DNA of 64,000 nucleotides from a virus (Duplodnaviria; Caudoviricetes): IMG/VR virus record IMGVR_UViG_3300032167_003270, positions 32,001 to 96,000 of that record; one strand, 5' to 3'. Shown piece by piece: positions 59,671 to 64,000 of this stretch (position 1 is its first letter; each line of letters starts with the position of its first letter). The notes under the pieces were generated by a model. It saw only the letters and a program-made list of their open reading frames with translations, ran no database searches and was not told where the DNA came from. The position numbers and the translations under genes were made by a program.

Positions 59671-60027
59671 TTATTGTAAATCTTTAAAATAATTCCAAGA
59701 GAATGACCATTCATAATTATCAATACTAGATAAGAATTTTAAAGCGTCTATAATATTATCAAATTGTTGTTTTGTTGTAAATTTATCATTATCTTTATTA
59801 TTTGTAATATCAATATAAAAGGTGTAATAATCATTTATAAAATCAAATTCTGTTTCCATAGTTAAATAACAATCTACATAATATAAATTTAAATTATTTA
59901 TATAACTTACAATAGTATTTTCATTAACAATATTAAAATTTAAGGAATGTTTACCAAAACTATGATTTTTACATAATTCTTCTGTTAATCTTTTAATATC
60001 ATTTTTAAGTGTTTTATTTAATTTCAT
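59671..60027 (-). CDS. hypothetical protein
   Basis: 118 aa; FYIDITNNKDNDKF resembles part of the shared domain. Confidence 0.6.
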   Translation of the reverse strand: MKLNKTLKNDIKRLTEELCKNHSFGKHSLNFNIVNENTIVSYINNLNLYYVDCYLTMETEFDFINDYYTFYIDITNNKDNDKFTTKQQFDNIIDALKFLSSIDNYEWSFSWNYFKDLQ

Positions 60028-60100
60028 AAATTCATCTCCTTATATTTATAAGTTAAAAATGACCTATCTATAAAAGATAAGTCATTTTATCACATTCATA

Positions 60101-61129
60101 CTATGTAGTTTCTTCCGATGTTGTATCATTATCATCACTATTGTCATTATCATCATCGTCAGTACCATCATCGTCAGTATCATTATTGTTATTACCACCA
60201 TCGTTATTATCGTCATCGTTAGTAGTATTGTCGTCATCATCATTTGGTACATTAGGAACTACAGGTTCATTAGGTGTTACAGGCTCACTGGGAGTTTCGG
60301 TTTCAGTATCATCACTAGGAGTTTCAGGTGCTACAGTTTCAACTGTTTCAGTTTTTGTAAATCCACAAGTAGTACAAGTAAGTGTTTTTGTTGTTTCCGT
60401 AGGTGTCATATTTACAACACCACTATTCCATTTATGCTTTTCTTGATTGATTTTATTTCCACATTTACAAACTTGCCAATGATATGAATTACTATGTTCA
60501 TATTCAGTTCCGTTTGCACTACAAGTATGTGTCTTTTTAGGAATAGTTTCATCTTGTGTTTTTCCACATACAGCACAAGTATGACGTTTTACACCTGTTT
60601 TAGTTTCAGTTGCGTCTTCAATAACCTTACTTACCCAAGTATGTTTTGTTTTCTCAATCTTTTCTCCACAACTACAAGTCTTCCAATGAAATACATCATC
60701 AGAATCAAATGCCACATCAGTAATATTATGTGTATGATTAGTAGTGGTTGTTGTAGTGTTATTTACAGTCGGTGATGTTGTAGTAGTTTCAGTAGTTTCT
60801 TCTTGCTTTAATTTAGGAATTACTTCTTCTTTTTCAGCATCACAATCACTACATACATAAACAATTAAACCATCTTCATCATCAGTTGCCTCTTTTTCTG
60901 TTGTTCCGTCATCCCATTTATGAACTGATACCTCATATTTTGTACCATCTTCTTTTAATTTCCAATGTCTAGCATCGTCAAAATAAACAGTTTCGTCTAC
61001 AACCTCTTCTGAAGATTCAGTTACCTTACTTTCTGAAGGCTTTTCACTCACGCTTGTACCACTATTACAAGCAGTTAAACATAATATGGTGCTTAACACA
61101 CCAATACATAATAAATATTTTTTCATCAT
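60101..61129 (-). CDS. lipoprotein with His/Cys (HWxxCxCG) repeats and acidic low-complexity tail
   Basis: lipobox LTAC; repeats HWKTCSCG, HWQVCKCG. Confidence 0.8.
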   Translation of the reverse strand: MMKKYLLCIGVLSTILCLTACNSGTSVSEKPSESKVTESSEEVVDETVYFDDARHWKLKEDGTKYEVSVHKWDDGTTEKEATDDEDGLIVYVCSDCDAEKEEVIPKLKQEETTETTTTSPTVNNTTTTTTNHTHNITDVAFDSDDVFHWKTCSCGEKIEKTKHTWVSKVIEDATETKTGVKRHTCAVCGKTQDETIPKKTHTCSANGTEYEHSNSYHWQVCKCGNKINQEKHKWNSGVVNMTPTETTKTLTCTTCGFTKTETVETVAPETPSDDTETETPSEPVTPNEPVVPNVPNDDDDNTTNDDDNNDGGNNNNDTDDDGTDDDDNDNSDDNDTTSEETT

Positions 61130-61162
61130 TAAAATTCCTTTCTATTTAGGTGTTTTATATAA

Positions 61163-62059
61163 TTAAATAGTGCTTAATTTGTCAATAAATTCCTTAATTA
61201 CATTAAGTTCCTCTATTATTTTATTTTGTTCTTCGTCATAGTTAATATATCTATCATAACTATTAATTTTAGTTTCCATACCGTCAAAAGTATTAGTAGG
61301 TGTCCAAATAGCGATATATAATTTATTATCTTGATAACATAAACCTATATTCTTATATTTTTCTTTCAATTCAATAAGTTTTTCCATAAGTGGTGGTGTT
61401 AAAATATAAAAAGCCTCCATATCATTTGCAGTAAAAACATCAAATTGATTATTAAAATCCACACTCTCAACTTCAATGTAGGTCATATCATATTTTGAAT
61501 TTCCCCTATTTTTAAAAGAATTTGTAAATATTTGTACTGATTTTATATCTTTATATGGACAATCTATTTCTAAAATTCTACCCATAAAATAAGTATTGTG
61601 GTTAATTCTAGTTTCATAATCTTGATTATCAGAATTATATTCTTCTGTATAAGATTCTTCTATAACCTTTACATCTGCGTGTTTGAAATTAACACCGTTA
61701 TATGTTGCCTCTAAATAATCTTCTGAATGATAACTATTTCCACGCTTTATTAAACCTATATTATTTATATAACTTTCATTAAAGCCACCATTAGCGTTAA
61801 ATAAAACATTATCAAAATTTTCATTTAGTAATGGATATACTAAATTCTCTTTATATAAATATGTATATTTATTTTTATATATACTTGCTTTTATAAATAA
61901 TATAATACTTAATATAACTAATAATATAAAACAAGATATTCCAAGTATAATATTGAAATTACCTAAAACAGCCATAAAAAGAATTGATGAAAAGAAACAA
62001 ACTATACCCAAACAATTTAATATTGTTTCATAATTCTTATATTGTTGTATATGTTCCAT
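61163..62059 (-). CDS. DUF3137-like membrane protein
   Basis: two N-terminal TMs; EDYL, TYFMG, ESVDFNNQFDVF, AFYILTPPLME. Confidence 0.7.
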   Translation of the reverse strand: MEHIQQYKNYETILNCLGIVCFFSSILFMAVLGNFNIILGISCFILLVILSIILFIKASIYKNKYTYLYKENLVYPLLNENFDNVLFNANGGFNESYINNIGLIKRGNSYHSEDYLEATYNGVNFKHADVKVIEESYTEEYNSDNQDYETRINHNTYFMGRILEIDCPYKDIKSVQIFTNSFKNRGNSKYDMTYIEVESVDFNNQFDVFTANDMEAFYILTPPLMEKLIELKEKYKNIGLCYQDNKLYIAIWTPTNTFDGMETKINSYDRYINYDEEQNKIIEELNVIKEFIDKLSTI

Positions 62060-63321
62060 TATAATACCTCTACTTCTTGTTCTATATAAATAGCCTTACC
62101 ACCACCTGTATTATAGGTATATATTGCGGGATAACAATAATTATTTCCACCTATCCAATTAGGATTTTTCTTATCAGTAATCATAAAAATATGATAATCA
62201 GAATTTACTGTAATACATCTAACAGGTTTTTTAAATAAAAGTTTTTTCTTTTCAAAAAGAGAATAATCTCTATTATAACCAATTATAGTATTTCCCTCTT
62301 GTAAATCTTTACAATGAATTGGTTCAAAATATTTATCATCTTCCAAATTAGTAGGTGTATATTTTATTTTAGGAAATCTATGAATTTCATCAGAAATAAC
62401 CTCAATACAATCAAATCCGTGACCAAAAACTAATTTATATACACTTTTTGGTTTACTTATAATATTATGAACTTCAATTACCTCTACAGGCGTATTATTA
62501 TATCCAAATACATAATCTCCAACCTCAATGGTTTCCATAGTTTTATAACCTTTAGTTGTAGGAATTATTGTATCAAGTCCTAAAGGAGAACCAACACACA
62601 ATGCTTGTGGGGCAGATGGAGTATCAACTGTTTTTGCAATTTTACCATCTTCATAAATATAATTTGACCTACCCTCATTCTTAAAAGAGTTAATATTCCA
62701 AGATACTTCTCCTAAACCAGAAAGACCAATAGGTATAAATTCTGCTGGACGCATCCAACTACCCTTATATTTAGCAATTTGAGGTGGTAATGGTGTGCCA
62801 ACAAATGCACATTCTCTTGAAGCAAAATCAAATTCATTTACCCACTCATAATTAGGTAAGAATTTATTTAACGATAAACATAAATTTACTGCTACTGTTT
62901 CTTTAAATGTATTAGGATTGATTTCAATAGTAATTCTATTTACTTGGTTTTTGTCATAACCTAATTTAAATGGTGGGTTATTCATATCAAGTTCTGCATT
63001 TTTAGGTAATACAGGAGAAAGTACATCAAATATTTTTTGTAATTCTTCTCTTTGTTTTTCAATAATTACCTTTTTAATAGTGGCTAGAATAACCATAGTC
63101 ATAATTATTAAAGTGGCATATACTCCACAAGTAATCCAAAATAGTTTTCTACTTAAATGTAAAGACTGTAATAATAGTCCAATTAGGAAAAATCCTAATA
63201 TAATAAGTGAATCTCTTTTTGAATATGAATATCCAACACTATTATCATCACTAATTCCTAATATTTTATTAGTTGCAAATTGACATAATGCAATCATTAC
63301 TAAAAATGTAAATATAAACAT
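62059..63321 (-). CDS. N-extein of FtsK-like ATPase B (TM helices) containing a cis mini-intein and ending in an 11-aa IntN
   Basis: PQALCVGS|PLGLDTIIPT...YTYN|TGGGK|AIYIEQEVEVL*. Confidence 0.88.
   Translation of the reverse strand: MFIFTFLVMIALCQFATNKILGISDDNSVGYSYSKRDSLIILGFFLIGLLLQSLHLSRKLFWITCGVYATLIIMTMVILATIKKVIIEKQREELQKIFDVLSPVLPKNAELDMNNPPFKLGYDKNQVNRITIEINPNTFKETVAVNLCLSLNKFLPNYEWVNEFDFASRECAFVGTPLPPQIAKYKGSWMRPAEFIPIGLSGLGEVSWNINSFKNEGRSNYIYEDGKIAKTVDTPSAPQALCVGSPLGLDTIIPTTKGYKTMETIEVGDYVFGYNNTPVEVIEVHNIISKPKSVYKLVFGHGFDCIEVISDEIHRFPKIKYTPTNLEDDKYFEPIHCKDLQEGNTIIGYNRDYSLFEKKKLLFKKPVRCITVNSDYHIFMITDKKNPNWIGGNNYCYPAIYTYNTGGGKAIYIEQEVEVL
62110..62586 (-). mobile_element. Pro-initiated class-3-like cis mini-intein (159 aa)
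   Basis: PLGLDTIIPTTKGYKTMETIEVGD, SDEIHRF, PVRCITV (F-block Cys), YTYN followed by Thr. Confidence 0.85.
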
Positions 63322-63475
63322 AATTTACCTCCATATATTATTATCTTAAAATTGTATACAAATCACAATCATCTCCATAGCGTATAATATCGCCTAATGA
63401 TTCAACTGAATCTACAATAGTATAAATTATCAAATATACTAGATACATAATATGTGTGTATATTTAATAATTATC

Positions 63476-63802
63476 CTATTGTAATAATGAAGATGTAAGT
63501 ATAATTGTATTATCTGTTGAATTATATAAATATACAAAAAAATTTAATAAATCTGTGTTTGTTTCTAATGTCATATCAATTACATCTAATCCGTCATATC
63601 TTAAAGTAATATAATAATCTTGTAAATTATCTTTTATAAAATTAAATAATTCTAGTTTTGTCATATCGTCTACATTAGGATTATGTGGTCTTATACAACT
63701 TTGTAATTCTGTTCTTGACGGTAATATAAATATTCTCATTGTTTTTGAATCAGTTTTTAACCATTGTAGGTTCTTAAATTGTGAAAATGTTATTGGGTTC
63801 AT
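63476..63802 (-). CDS. hypothetical protein
   Basis: 108 aa, AGGAG RBS. Confidence 0.6.
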   Translation of the reverse strand: MNPITFSQFKNLQWLKTDSKTMRIFILPSRTELQSCIRPHNPNVDDMTKLELFNFIKDNLQDYYITLRYDGLDVIDMTLETNTDLLNFFVYLYNSTDNTIILTSSLLQ

Positions 63803-64000
63803 ATAAATATCTCCTTTTAATTATGTTTTCTAAATAAAGTCATACACTCTTTACAATATTCCTTAATTTCTTTTTCTGTATATCCCTCAATTTCTGCCAC
63901 ATCATAATCTGTGTCGTCATTAAAAAATACTTCATACCAATTATTTTCGTTAATTACAACTCTGTCGTCATCATAAGCTGTACCCTTTATAAATAACTTT

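Noticed and set aside
884-60103. Genome-wide TAG-to-Gln recoding (genetic code 15), suggested by in-frame TAGs at 20778 and 24656
   Set aside because: TAG terminates several ordinary genes (884, 19944, 26708, 43418, 52208, 60101) directly before the next gene or an intergenic region, and long ORFs are not fragmented under code 11
1403-63283. Most plus-strand ORFs in the track (e.g. 4059, 25572, 30037, 31982, 60141) and minus-strand 36453 and 37176
   Set aside because: Antisense shadows of real genes or of the intron core, with no RBS and unnatural composition

Overview
Very AT-rich, gene-dense segment with almost all genes on the minus strand. It most likely comes from a jumbo phage or other giant extrachromosomal element of a Firmicutes (Clostridia-like) host; no virion or rRNA/tRNA genes are visible, so element type is inference. 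It carries many small hypothetical genes and host-like accessory genes: RpoD-like sigma factor, ClpX, VanX, class B sortase, DivIVA-like protein, ArdA, two WGR-PARPs, two radical SAM enzymes and lipoproteins. It also has an IS200/IS605 element, four related Zn-finger/PD-(D/E)XK homing endonucleases, a group I intron and about 17 copies of an element-specific promoter motif. The main discovery is two paralogous membrane-anchored FtsK/SpoIIIE-type ATPase genes broken inside their Walker A motif, which appear to be reassembled by natural THREE-PIECE split inteins. Each has a very short IntN tag on the N-extein gene, a free-standing Hint-core gene kilobases away, and an IntC tag on the C-extein gene. 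System A: 47129-46362, 41894-41382 and 33091-29892, the last also interrupted by a group I intron. System B: 63321-62059, 52182-51598 and 20888-20481, with 11-aa tags on both sides and class-3-like chemistry. A third, orphan Hint core lies at 1964-2326. All family assignments were made by eye from motifs, without database searches.
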